Notes under the pieces: model-generated
Databases searched by the model: none
The model's input: the letters and a program-made list of their open reading frames with translations, nothing else
Told to the model about the DNA's origin: nothing
Shown here: one piece after another, positions 11,301 to 19,028 of the stretch
Layout of the letters: every line of letters begins with the position of its first letter
How positions within the stretch are numbered: position 1 is the first letter of the stretch
Source: an uncultured Maricaulis sp.
GTDB taxonomy: Bacteria > Pseudomonadota > Alphaproteobacteria > Caulobacterales > Maricaulaceae
Assembly (NCBI RefSeq): GCF_905480005.1
Contig: NZ_CAJQOO010000047.1
Span: 351 to 64,350, forward strand
Reading direction: 5' to 3'
DNA length: 64,000 nucleotides
Translations under genes and position numbers: made by a program

Positions 11301-11558
11301 TCCTGGTGGGCTCCGACCGTGCGGGTCGGCTTCCGCAACGAGTTCGGCGATTCCGATGCCGAGACGACTGCGAGCTTCTCGGACTTTGACGACACCTTCA
11401 CGCTGCGCTCACAGGCGATGCCGGGCACCGGCGCGATCCTGGGTTTCGGCATTGCCGCCGGGTCGGGCTATTCGACCTTCTCCTTCGACTATGACGCTGA
11501 TGTGCGCGAGGACTTCATTCGCCACACGGCTCGCTTGGTCATGCGGATGATCTTCTGA
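8382..11558 (+). CDS. Autotransporter outer-membrane protein (type Va): beta-helical passenger + C-terminal beta-barrel
   Basis: The track ORF starts at 8070, inside glnA. The real start is ATG 8382 (MRRRFLFASALATLTVTAPAAFA signal peptide) with CAGGAG 5 nt upstream. The passenger is G/D/T/I/V-rich with no Cys. The C-terminal ~280 aa show alternating beta-strand patterning and a terminal Phe (..RLVMRMIF). Confidence 0.85.
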   Translation: MRRRFLFASALATLTVTAPAAFADREINDEITSPIATSTAGDGGVADNIVITAGGRVTLVPNATAVTVDSDNDVTNSGSIIIEGDDDGGVGIHAIGGNTGNITNSGTIQVVAETRAADTDDPADGIVDGPIAIGSNRVAILVDGAAVFTGDIVASAGSTMTVIGNDSAGLRLLTGLDGNISTAGLIRVIGDNSFGVELRGTVTGDVTLDGRFEANGEGSGGILIASDIDGALSIGGTVNATAYRFIGRPNEDLRDTLEAEDRADSASPVLVNGNVSGGVFFSGFSTDRPSTPSANISVRGSAPAAHILANASSGDIVLGEVVLEAIADDPDTADVDESVAAELIGYALVNRGNIQSAGNLDGVDTVSLFVNGTDGHTVTLTGGFLNEGDIGGSAWAAQSTGVLMGNGAIVPTFANAGNILIRTNSEGSHAQGIYIDTGANVPMLVNSGVIDATALNGGGGTALTDVSNSLTMIENTGEIGAYHLNTVPGTDPQVDDLVAIDLSANTVGTTVRQYRADDAEDDFVEEIIGEVRFGSGDDRLQVESGSVTGDLSFGDGADELIITGGTVVGGLSDSDGNLAIEVDNAGLSLSATTSADIATARFGDGSVIRFQIDDDAGTAASLTASGDITFQSGSRVAATLANLIGDGATYVVVSANNLVIEESLDILQNTEAPWLYESSLEFDPNNANALILTLRRRTAEELGMNANQGAAYAAALEGWQGNELLGEAIASLLTQDEFFSAYDQLLPEYAASAIQFALAANDSSVGALANRLEAVRRSPEETGGLWIQEFGYFADRAGTAFGPGYRGHGIGVAVGFDRPVGPFYAAGLNFVGAASEVSEVDGVDDPMSALTAQIGAYAGAHTDMFDLDIYAALGYDSFEHNRRVLIGEFDASPSAEWTGWHTSASARIGRDIAFTDNWYFRPAFSVDYLRLSESGYTETGGGIGVDLSVGDRETTSFSGTGLMTLGARFENDNSWWAPTVRVGFRNEFGDSDAETTASFSDFDDTFTLRSQAMPGTGAILGFGIAAGSGYSTFSFDYDADVREDFIRHTARLVMRMIF

Positions 11559-11582
11559 TCCACCGCTCCGGGTTTCAAACAG

Positions 11583-11616
11583 CCGGCCCGCTGCAATGCA
11601 GTCGGGCCGGTTTTTT
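11583..11616 (+). terminator. Rho-independent terminator of the autotransporter gene
   Basis: CCGGCCCG-12 nt loop-CGGGCCGG followed by TTTTTT, 25 nt after the stop. Confidence 0.88.
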
Positions 11617-11726
11617 GTGTGGAACACCCTGAAAACCTCTGTCGACGGCTGCACACACAGGCTATCCGCGCCCGATACGCTGCGTAGAATTCCCCTACCT
11701 GCCGCCGACTCGTGCAAAGTGGACCG

Positions 11727-13745
11727 ATGTCGAACCAGAACTCCGATTCCGACCTGTTTGGTGGTGCTCCGGCGCCGACCCCGTCCAAGGCCCCGGCCCC
11801 GGGTTACTCGGCGGCCCATATCGAGGTGCTGGAAGGTCTTGAAGCCGTTCGCCGCCGTCCGGGCATGTATATCGGCGGGACTGATGAGCGGGCCTATCAT
11901 CACCTCTTCGCCGAGATTCTCGACAACTCGATGGATGAAGCCGTGGCCGGCTGGGCCGACCGGATCGAGGTCGCGGTCGACGAGGACGGCTATATTACCG
12001 TGACGGACAACGGCCGGGGCATCCCGGTCGACCCTCACCCCAAATATCCGGACAAGTCGGCGCTCGAAGTCGTTCTCACGGTCTTGCATGCCGGCGGCAA
12101 ATTCTCCGACAGTGCCTACAAGACGTCCGGCGGCCTGCACGGCGTCGGCATTTCAGTGGTCAACGCCCTCTCCGAAGTTCTTGACGTCGAAGTCGCGCGC
12201 GAGAAAACGCTGTGGACCCAGTCCTATTCCCGCGGCCTGCCGCTCGGCAAGCTGGTCAATGCCGGCTCCGCACCGAACCGGCGTGGGACCAAGATCCGCT
12301 TTTTGCCCGATCGGCAGATATTCGGCGACAAGATGTCGGTCAAACCAGCGCGCATCTATGCGATGGCGCGGTCGAAAGCCTTCCTGCGCCGTGGTGTGAA
12401 GATTCAGTGGCGCTGCGCCCCGAGCCTGGTTGAAGGCACGGACATTCCCGCTGACGATATTCTCTGCTTCCCGGGCGGGCTGGCTGACCGGATGACGGAG
12501 ATGGCCGACAAGCGCGCGCTCATCACGGCTGAAGCCTTCACCGGGCGTGTCGAGCGCGAGGATGGCGCCGGCGGCGTCGAGTGGGCGATCACCTGGTCCG
12601 GCAATGGCTATGGCGGCGACGCGGACGGGTTTTGCCAGTCCTATTGCAATACGGTTCCAACACCGCAGGGCGGCACGCACGAGCAGGGTCTCCGCGCCGC
12701 GCTCTCCAAGGGCTTGCGCGCCTATGCCGAGCACACCCATGCCAAGAAGGCGGCTCAGATAACGGCTGAGGACGTCTTGGGCGGCGCGGGCGCGCTGGTG
12801 TCGGTCTTTATTGGTGACCCTGAATTCCAGGGCCAGACCAAGGAACGTCTGGCGACCCCGGAAGCGACCAAGCTGGTGGAGACCGCTGTCCGCGACCAGT
12901 TCGACCACTGGCTCGCCGGCTCACCCAAGGAAGCCGCCAAACTCGTCGAATTCGCCATTGAGCGCGCCGATGACCGGATGCGCCGGCGCAAGGAAAAGAA
13001 CGTCAAGCGCCAGACCGCCTCGCGTCGCCTTCGCCTGCCGGGAAAATTGGCGGATTGTTCGCGCGCCGACGCCGACGGGACCGAGCTTTTCCTGGTCGAG
13101 GGCGACTCGGCCGGCGGCTCTGCCAAACAGGCCCGATCACGCCAGACCCAGGCCATTCTTCCGCTGCGCGGCAAGATCCTCAATGTCGCCTCGGCGACGG
13201 CCGACAAGATTTCGGCGAACCAGGAGATAAGCGACCTCCTGCTCGCGCTTGGCTGCCAGACGGGGAGCCGGTTCAAGCTGGAAGAATTGCGCTATGAGCG
13301 CGTCGTCATCATGACCGACGCCGATGTTGATGGCGCCCATATCGCGGCTCTACTGATCACGTTCTTCTACCGGTCCATGCCTGAGCTCATTCATTCCGGA
13401 CGGCTCTTCCTGGCCCAGCCACCGCTGTATCGCCTGACTCAGGGGACGCGCACGCTGTATGCCCGCGATGACGCCCATCGCGAACAATTGATCCGCGACG
13501 AGTTCAAGGCCAACAGCAAGATTGATGTCGGCCGATTCAAGGGTCTTGGAGAAATGACTCCGAGCCAGCTCAAGCAGACCACAATGGATCCGGCCGTGCG
13601 TACACTCGCGCGTGTTGTGATCGATGAGGATGATCTGCCGAGCCTGGAGGCCCTGGTCGAGACCCTGATGGGCAAGAAGCCGGAAGCGCGTTTCAAATTC
13701 ATCCAGGACAATGCCAGCTTCGTCACCGAAGAGCTCGACCTCTAG
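11727..13745 (+). CDS. parE: DNA topoisomerase IV subunit B
   Basis: GHKL ATPase motifs (LEGLEAVRRRPGMYIGG, DNGRGIP, GGLHGVG), Toprim EGDSAGG and PLRGKILNV. About 670 aa, so it lacks the GyrB-specific insertion. The start is ATG 11727 or GTG 11712. Confidence 0.92.
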   Translation: MSNQNSDSDLFGGAPAPTPSKAPAPGYSAAHIEVLEGLEAVRRRPGMYIGGTDERAYHHLFAEILDNSMDEAVAGWADRIEVAVDEDGYITVTDNGRGIPVDPHPKYPDKSALEVVLTVLHAGGKFSDSAYKTSGGLHGVGISVVNALSEVLDVEVAREKTLWTQSYSRGLPLGKLVNAGSAPNRRGTKIRFLPDRQIFGDKMSVKPARIYAMARSKAFLRRGVKIQWRCAPSLVEGTDIPADDILCFPGGLADRMTEMADKRALITAEAFTGRVEREDGAGGVEWAITWSGNGYGGDADGFCQSYCNTVPTPQGGTHEQGLRAALSKGLRAYAEHTHAKKAAQITAEDVLGGAGALVSVFIGDPEFQGQTKERLATPEATKLVETAVRDQFDHWLAGSPKEAAKLVEFAIERADDRMRRRKEKNVKRQTASRRLRLPGKLADCSRADADGTELFLVEGDSAGGSAKQARSRQTQAILPLRGKILNVASATADKISANQEISDLLLALGCQTGSRFKLEELRYERVVIMTDADVDGAHIAALLITFFYRSMPELIHSGRLFLAQPPLYRLTQGTRTLYARDDAHREQLIRDEFKANSKIDVGRFKGLGEMTPSQLKQTTMDPAVRTLARVVIDEDDLPSLEALVETLMGKKPEARFKFIQDNASFVTEELDL

Positions 13746-13862
13746 CGATCCCTGGCCGGCCACCCCCGCGGTTGCGTCAAGGCACTGCCCGGCGAGTGGA
13801 CAAGTCCGCCCGCCGCGCTAGCCTCTCGCGCAAGCACTATCCAGAATCACGAGGGGAAGCCG

Positions 13863-16478
13863 ATGACCTGTACACGCGCACTCAAGAACGCCCTGCTCGG
13901 GGCCTGCCTGATGGTCGGTGGCCTGGGCGGCATGGCCCTGGCCGAGCCGGTCGAATTCTTCCAGGTCGAGGGCGTCGACTATGACCCGGACGTGCCCGCG
14001 CCGGAGGATGTGATCGGATGGGGGGTCGGCGACCGCCCGGTACGTCATGACCAGCTGGTGGCCTATCTTTCGGAAATCGCCAACGGGTCCGACCGCATCT
14101 CGGTCGAGACGATCGGCTACACCCATGAGCGGCGCCCGATCCTGTTCTTTGTCGTCACCTCGCCTGAAAACCATGCGCGTATCGACGACATCCGGGCCCG
14201 GCACCTGGCCTCGCTCGAGCCGGGCGCGCCGGTCAGTGATGGCCCCGCCATCCTGTGGCTGAACTATGGTGTCCATGGTGCCGAGTCCGCCGGCATGGAT
14301 GCATCCATCCCCACACTCTACCACCTCGCCGCTGCGCAAGGCCCCGAGATTGAGTCGACCCTGGACGACAGCGTCATCCTGATCACCGCCATCTTCAATC
14401 CGGATGGCCATTCGCGCCGGGTCAATCATGTCGAGACCTTCGGCGGCGATGTTCGGGTGACGGATCCCGATCACGAACAGCACAATTTGTGGACGGCGGC
14501 GCGGACCAATCACTACTGGTTTGATCTCAATCGCCAATGGCTGCTGCAAACCCAGCCGGAATCGCAAGCCTGGCTGGAGCAATGGCATGAATGGAAGCCG
14601 CAGGTCTCCGCCGACTTCCACGAGATGGGCACGGAAAGCACTTTCTATTTCCATCCCGGCGAGCCCTTGCGCCGCAATCCGCTGATCCCGGAGCGGGCAC
14701 GCGATCTGACCCTCGGCATCGCCCAGCACCATATCGACTTCCTCGATAGTGAGGCGCGGCTTTATACCTCCGAGGAAGGCTTCGACAACTTCTATGTCGG
14801 CAAGGGGTCAACCTATCCGCAGGTCAATGGCTCGCTTGGCATCCTGTTCGAGATCGGCGCGGCGCGCGGCGGGCTGATCGAGGCCGAACGCGGCCTTGTC
14901 AGTCATGGCGACAATGTCCGCACCCATTTCCGCACCTCGCTGACCACGATTGAAGGCGGCATTGCCGGACATGACGAGATCGCCGCCTATCAGCGCGACT
15001 TCTTTGCCAATTCCGCCGCAGAGGCCGGGCGCGACCGCGATCGCGGCTTCATCTTTACGGCGGACGGTGACCCGGCCCGCGCGAACATGTTTGTCGATTT
15101 GCTCAATCGCCATGACATCCGGGTCAATCGACTGGCCCGTGATGTCCGCAGCAATGGCCGCACCTATCGTGCCGGCGAGAGCTTCGTCGTCGATCTGGCC
15201 CAGCCCCAATACACGATGATCCGGTCGATGTTCGACCAGCCCACCGAGTTCGAGGAAAACATCTTCTACGACGTTTCGGGCTGGACCCTGCCCCTGGCCT
15301 ATGACCTCGACTACACGGCTCTGGGTCGCGATTGGTCCACGGATCTGCTCGGCGCGGAAACAGGCCCGGAAGCGCTCGCCCAGCCGGCGCCGCCGCGGTC
15401 AAGCTATGGCTATGTCCTGCGTTGGTCGGATTATTATGCACCGCGTGCCCTCTATCGCCTCCTGGATGCCGATATCCGCGTTCGTGTTGCGACCGAGCCG
15501 GCAACGATAGCGACCCATAGGGGGGCCACCGAGTTCGGCCCCGGCGCGGTCTTTGTGCCACTGGTCGGACAGGATCCGGATCGCGAGACCATCCATCAGC
15601 TCGTCGCATCGATTGCCGAAGATGACGGTGTTGCGGTTCACGCCGTGACATCCGGCTCGACGGCTGCAGGTTCGCCCGATCTGGGCGACGGCAATGGCTT
15701 CCGTGCGGTGCGCCGCCCCGAAGTCCTCGTCCTGTTTGACAATGGGCTGACAAGCTATGATGCCGGCGAAGTCTGGCACCAGCTCGATCACCGCATGAAT
15801 ATTCCGGTCACCTTGCGCCGCAAGAATGATCTGGGCGGCCTCGATTGGTCTCGCTACACCCATATGGTGATTGTCGGTGGCGGCAATACCAGCCTGCCCT
15901 CGCGCAGCGCCGAGCGGGTCGAACAGTGGATTCGCGAAGATGGCGGCGTGCTGGTCACCATGCGCCAAGCCTCGGTTATGGCACAGTCGACCTTCTTCGA
16001 CATGGAAGCCGAGGACGACACTGACGAGGACACCGATAGCGAGACACCGGACCGCCGCAATTACGCGGATATCGGGGTCGACGACGCCGAACATGTCATT
16101 GGCGGGGCGATCTTCCAGACCGATCTGGACCCCTCCCATCCGATTGGCTTTGGCTATGGTGATCGTCTCCTGCCGGTCCACCGCAATACAACGCTCACCC
16201 TGCAACGGCCGGAGGACAACCCCTTCGCCGTGGTTGCCGAGTACGCGGATGATCCGCTGATGTCGGGATATGCCTCTCAGATGCGCCAGGATGAAATCAG
16301 CGGCACGCCGGCCGTGATCGCCCAGCGCCTGGGTCGCGGCAGCGTCGTCATGTTCGCCGACAATCCGATGTTCCGGGCCACATTCCGCGGCACGGAGCGG
16401 GCCTTCATGAATGCGATCTTCTTCGGTGCCCTGATCGATCGCCCCTTCGGCGACTACAATGATGAGGACCATCACTAG
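13863..16478 (+). CDS. Secreted M14-family zinc carboxypeptidase (large form with C-terminal extension)
   Basis: Signal peptide MTCTRALKNALLGACLMVGGLGGMALA. Zinc ligands HxxE (YGVHGAESAG) and a later His (ADFHEMG), plus NPDGH, are typical of M14. RBS GAGGGGAAG upstream. Confidence 0.85.
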   Translation: MTCTRALKNALLGACLMVGGLGGMALAEPVEFFQVEGVDYDPDVPAPEDVIGWGVGDRPVRHDQLVAYLSEIANGSDRISVETIGYTHERRPILFFVVTSPENHARIDDIRARHLASLEPGAPVSDGPAILWLNYGVHGAESAGMDASIPTLYHLAAAQGPEIESTLDDSVILITAIFNPDGHSRRVNHVETFGGDVRVTDPDHEQHNLWTAARTNHYWFDLNRQWLLQTQPESQAWLEQWHEWKPQVSADFHEMGTESTFYFHPGEPLRRNPLIPERARDLTLGIAQHHIDFLDSEARLYTSEEGFDNFYVGKGSTYPQVNGSLGILFEIGAARGGLIEAERGLVSHGDNVRTHFRTSLTTIEGGIAGHDEIAAYQRDFFANSAAEAGRDRDRGFIFTADGDPARANMFVDLLNRHDIRVNRLARDVRSNGRTYRAGESFVVDLAQPQYTMIRSMFDQPTEFEENIFYDVSGWTLPLAYDLDYTALGRDWSTDLLGAETGPEALAQPAPPRSSYGYVLRWSDYYAPRALYRLLDADIRVRVATEPATIATHRGATEFGPGAVFVPLVGQDPDRETIHQLVASIAEDDGVAVHAVTSGSTAAGSPDLGDGNGFRAVRRPEVLVLFDNGLTSYDAGEVWHQLDHRMNIPVTLRRKNDLGGLDWSRYTHMVIVGGGNTSLPSRSAERVEQWIREDGGVLVTMRQASVMAQSTFFDMEAEDDTDEDTDSETPDRRNYADIGVDDAEHVIGGAIFQTDLDPSHPIGFGYGDRLLPVHRNTTLTLQRPEDNPFAVVAEYADDPLMSGYASQMRQDEISGTPAVIAQRLGRGSVVMFADNPMFRATFRGTERAFMNAIFFGALIDRPFGDYNDEDHH

Positions 16479-16486
16479 CCAGAAAT

Positions 16487-16515
16487 GCGGGCGCGAGGCC
16501 TGACCTCGCGCCCGC
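16487..16515. terminator. Bidirectional terminator hairpin between convergent M14 and Cys-rich lipoprotein genes
   Basis: 12-bp perfect stem GCGGGCGCGAGG/CCTCGCGCCCGC with a 5-nt loop, flanked by AGAAAT and CATTTC. Confidence 0.75.
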
Positions 16516-16537
16516 CATTTCAACGGGCGATCGCGAC

Positions 16538-17359
16538 CTAGCGGTTATCGCGCAGGACATCCCGCGACATATTGTTGAGCGCCGCCGACCAGACATTCGG
16601 CCGGATGTCGCACTGCATGTTGTTCTGACCGATATCATAAGGCCCGTCATAGACCGGGCAGACACATTCGGTCAGGCCATCCTCGTCAGCATCACTGCAA
16701 GGCGCCGTCATGCAGCCGGCATAATTGGTGCCGGTGTCCTCACAGCTCGTTGAGCCAAAGTCGAAATCCTGGCTGTATTCGAGCGAGAACGTCGAGATCA
16801 GGGTGGCTTCCGGCAAATAGGGGTAGAGGGTCTGCCCCTCGCCCGTTTCCATATCCCCGAGATAGTCGCACACCGGCGCAAACTGGCAGTGTTCGGCCTG
16901 GGCGATGTGGGGGTCATCCATGTCGCATCGACCGCTCAGGAGGCTGGCCATATTGAGGCAGTTCGAGCCATCCTCATTGCAGATATCCGTTGTGGCATCG
17001 CGCACGACCGGATTCAGGATCGAGCCGACTTCCACAAAATTATAGATCGTCTGCTGCAGGTCGGACGGTTCGGTAAACGCGAAACACTTGCACTCCGCAT
17101 TGGCGGTCGCACCGTCGGCACTGTCACCGGGCACGCAGGGCAAGCTTTGGCTCGCCCCGTCCGATGTCGCGATGGCGTCACCCGGCCCGGAGTAATAGCA
17201 CAGCGCATATGGATTGCCGGTACAGGCGAGAAAATTGGACACGTCCTCGAAGGCGTCTGCGCGTGGCGGTTCGTCCGCGGCCGGATCCTCGGTCTCGGCG
17301 GAACACGCAGAGACGAGAAAGATGACCGACAGGAAGACGATGGGGTTGAACAATTTCAT
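16538..17359 (-). CDS. Acidic cysteine-rich lipoprotein, unknown function
   Basis: 273 aa with lipobox MKLFNPIVFLSVIFLVSAC. The mature part has 16 Cys and is very D/E-rich. Codon usage is gene-like and no family is recognised. Confidence 0.75.
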   Translation of the reverse strand: MKLFNPIVFLSVIFLVSACSAETEDPAADEPPRADAFEDVSNFLACTGNPYALCYYSGPGDAIATSDGASQSLPCVPGDSADGATANAECKCFAFTEPSDLQQTIYNFVEVGSILNPVVRDATTDICNEDGSNCLNMASLLSGRCDMDDPHIAQAEHCQFAPVCDYLGDMETGEGQTLYPYLPEATLISTFSLEYSQDFDFGSTSCEDTGTNYAGCMTAPCSDADEDGLTECVCPVYDGPYDIGQNNMQCDIRPNVWSAALNNMSRDVLRDNR

Positions 17360-17600
17360 GGCGCTCTCCCAGCCTGGGGGCCGTGCTCCCGGCCCAAATC
17401 TCCATCCAAGATTGCATTAAATCATCACATCACCAATAGTCGCGCCCCGGGCTCGGCGAGCGGTGTGAAGCATCCTTCTGAATATTCACAAATCTTTCCC
17501 TCGGCCGACGCATCGGGGTTTGACGACAAGGGCGCGAGGGCGTTCAATTGCACGATCTCGTTCGGCTCCGTTGTGCCGAACGCCAAGTGGGGAATAGACA

Positions 17601-19028
17601 ATGACACGCAAGGCATGGATGCCAGCTCTGGCGGCGACCGCCGCTATGGGTCTGGCGGCGTGCAGCGCCGGCACCGACTCAGACGGTTCCGGTTCTGCTG
17701 CGTCGGATTCGGACGTTGTCCGACACAGTCTCGATCCATTTCCATCGACTTATACGGCCCGGGAGAGCGGTACCACGCTCATTCGTGGCGGCACGGTGCT
17801 CGATGGAATTGGTGGCGAGATCGAAAATGGTGATGTCCTGATCGAGAACGGCCGCATCAGCGCGGTTGGTACCGGCCTGGAAGCCCCGGACGGCGCGACC
17901 GTGATCGATGCCACCGGGCGCTATGTGACGCCGGGTGTGGTCGATATCCACTCCCACCTTGGTGCCTATCCGTCACCGAGTGTCAGCGCACACAGCGATG
18001 GCAATGAGGCCACCCAGCCGGTGACCGCGGAAGTCTGGGTCGAGCACAGCGTCTGGCCACAGGATCCCGGCTTTGAAGCGGCACTGGCCGGCGGCGTGAC
18101 CACGCTGCACATCCTGCCCGGCTCGGCCAATCTGTTTGGCGGACGCGGCGTGACCCTGCGCAATATCTCGGCGCGTACCGTCCAGGAAATGAAGTTCCCG
18201 GATGCGCCCTACACGCTGAAAATGGCCTGTGGCGAAAACCCGTCCCGCGTCTACGGCAATCGCGGCCAATCCCCGGCCACCGATATGGGCAATATGGCCG
18301 GATACCGCGCCGCCTGGATCCGCGCCTCCGATTACCGCGACAGCTGGCATGACTATTGGGAAGCAGCCGAGAATGGCGAGGATGCCACCGCGCCGACCCG
18401 CGATCTCGAGCTGGAGACCCTGATGGGTGTCCTGGACGGCGAAATCCTGATCCAGATGCATTGCTACCGTGCTGACCAGATGGCTCAAGTCATCGATATG
18501 TCAGAGGAATTCGGGTATCAGGTCACGACGTTCCACCACGCTGTCGAAGCTTATAAAATCCCTGACCTCCTGGCCGAGAACGGCGCTTGCGCCGCGGTCT
18601 GGGCCGATTGGGGCGGCTTCAAGATGGAAGCCTATGACGCCATCCGCGAGAACCTCGCCCTGACCCATGCCAATGGGGCCTGCGCGATGATCCACTCGGA
18701 TAGCGATATGGGTATCCAGCGCCTAAATCAGGAAGTCGCCAAGGCGCTTGGTGATGGGCGCCGTGCCGGCCTTGAGATTTCCGATGGCGAGGCCTGGGCC
18801 TGGCTGTCCTCGAACCCCGCGCAGGCGCTGGGTATCGCGGACGAGACCGGCAGCCTGCAAACCGGCCTGCGGGCCGATGTCGTGCTGTGGTCCGGCAATC
18901 CCTATTCCACCTACACACGGGCCGACCAGGTCTGGATCGATGGCGCGCTGAGTTTTGACCGGCGTGACGAAGACCAGCAGCCAGTCCGCGACTTCATGCT
19001 CGGCCAACCGGGTGAAGGAGAACAATGA
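17601..19028 (+). CDS. Amidohydrolase-superfamily metallo-hydrolase (dipeptidase/imidazolonepropionase-like), lipoprotein
   Basis: Lipobox MGLAAC. All metal-ligand positions are present: HxH (VDIHSHLG), MHCYRADQ, TFHHAVEAYK, MIHSDSD. Confidence 0.88.
   Translation: MTRKAWMPALAATAAMGLAACSAGTDSDGSGSAASDSDVVRHSLDPFPSTYTARESGTTLIRGGTVLDGIGGEIENGDVLIENGRISAVGTGLEAPDGATVIDATGRYVTPGVVDIHSHLGAYPSPSVSAHSDGNEATQPVTAEVWVEHSVWPQDPGFEAALAGGVTTLHILPGSANLFGGRGVTLRNISARTVQEMKFPDAPYTLKMACGENPSRVYGNRGQSPATDMGNMAGYRAAWIRASDYRDSWHDYWEAAENGEDATAPTRDLELETLMGVLDGEILIQMHCYRADQMAQVIDMSEEFGYQVTTFHHAVEAYKIPDLLAENGACAAVWADWGGFKMEAYDAIRENLALTHANGACAMIHSDSDMGIQRLNQEVAKALGDGRRAGLEISDGEAWAWLSSNPAQALGIADETGSLQTGLRADVVLWSGNPYSTYTRADQVWIDGALSFDRRDEDQQPVRDFMLGQPGEGEQ

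Noticed and set aside
17360-17600. CtrA-type (TTAA-N7-TTAA) boxes and sigma-70 promoter elements, looked for here and in the spacers at 42131-42278 and 31941-32150.
   Set aside because: Only half-sites were found (for example TTAAATCATCACATC, TTAAACTTGTCTATG). No full match, and promoter calls by eye in GC-rich alphaproteobacterial DNA are unreliable.
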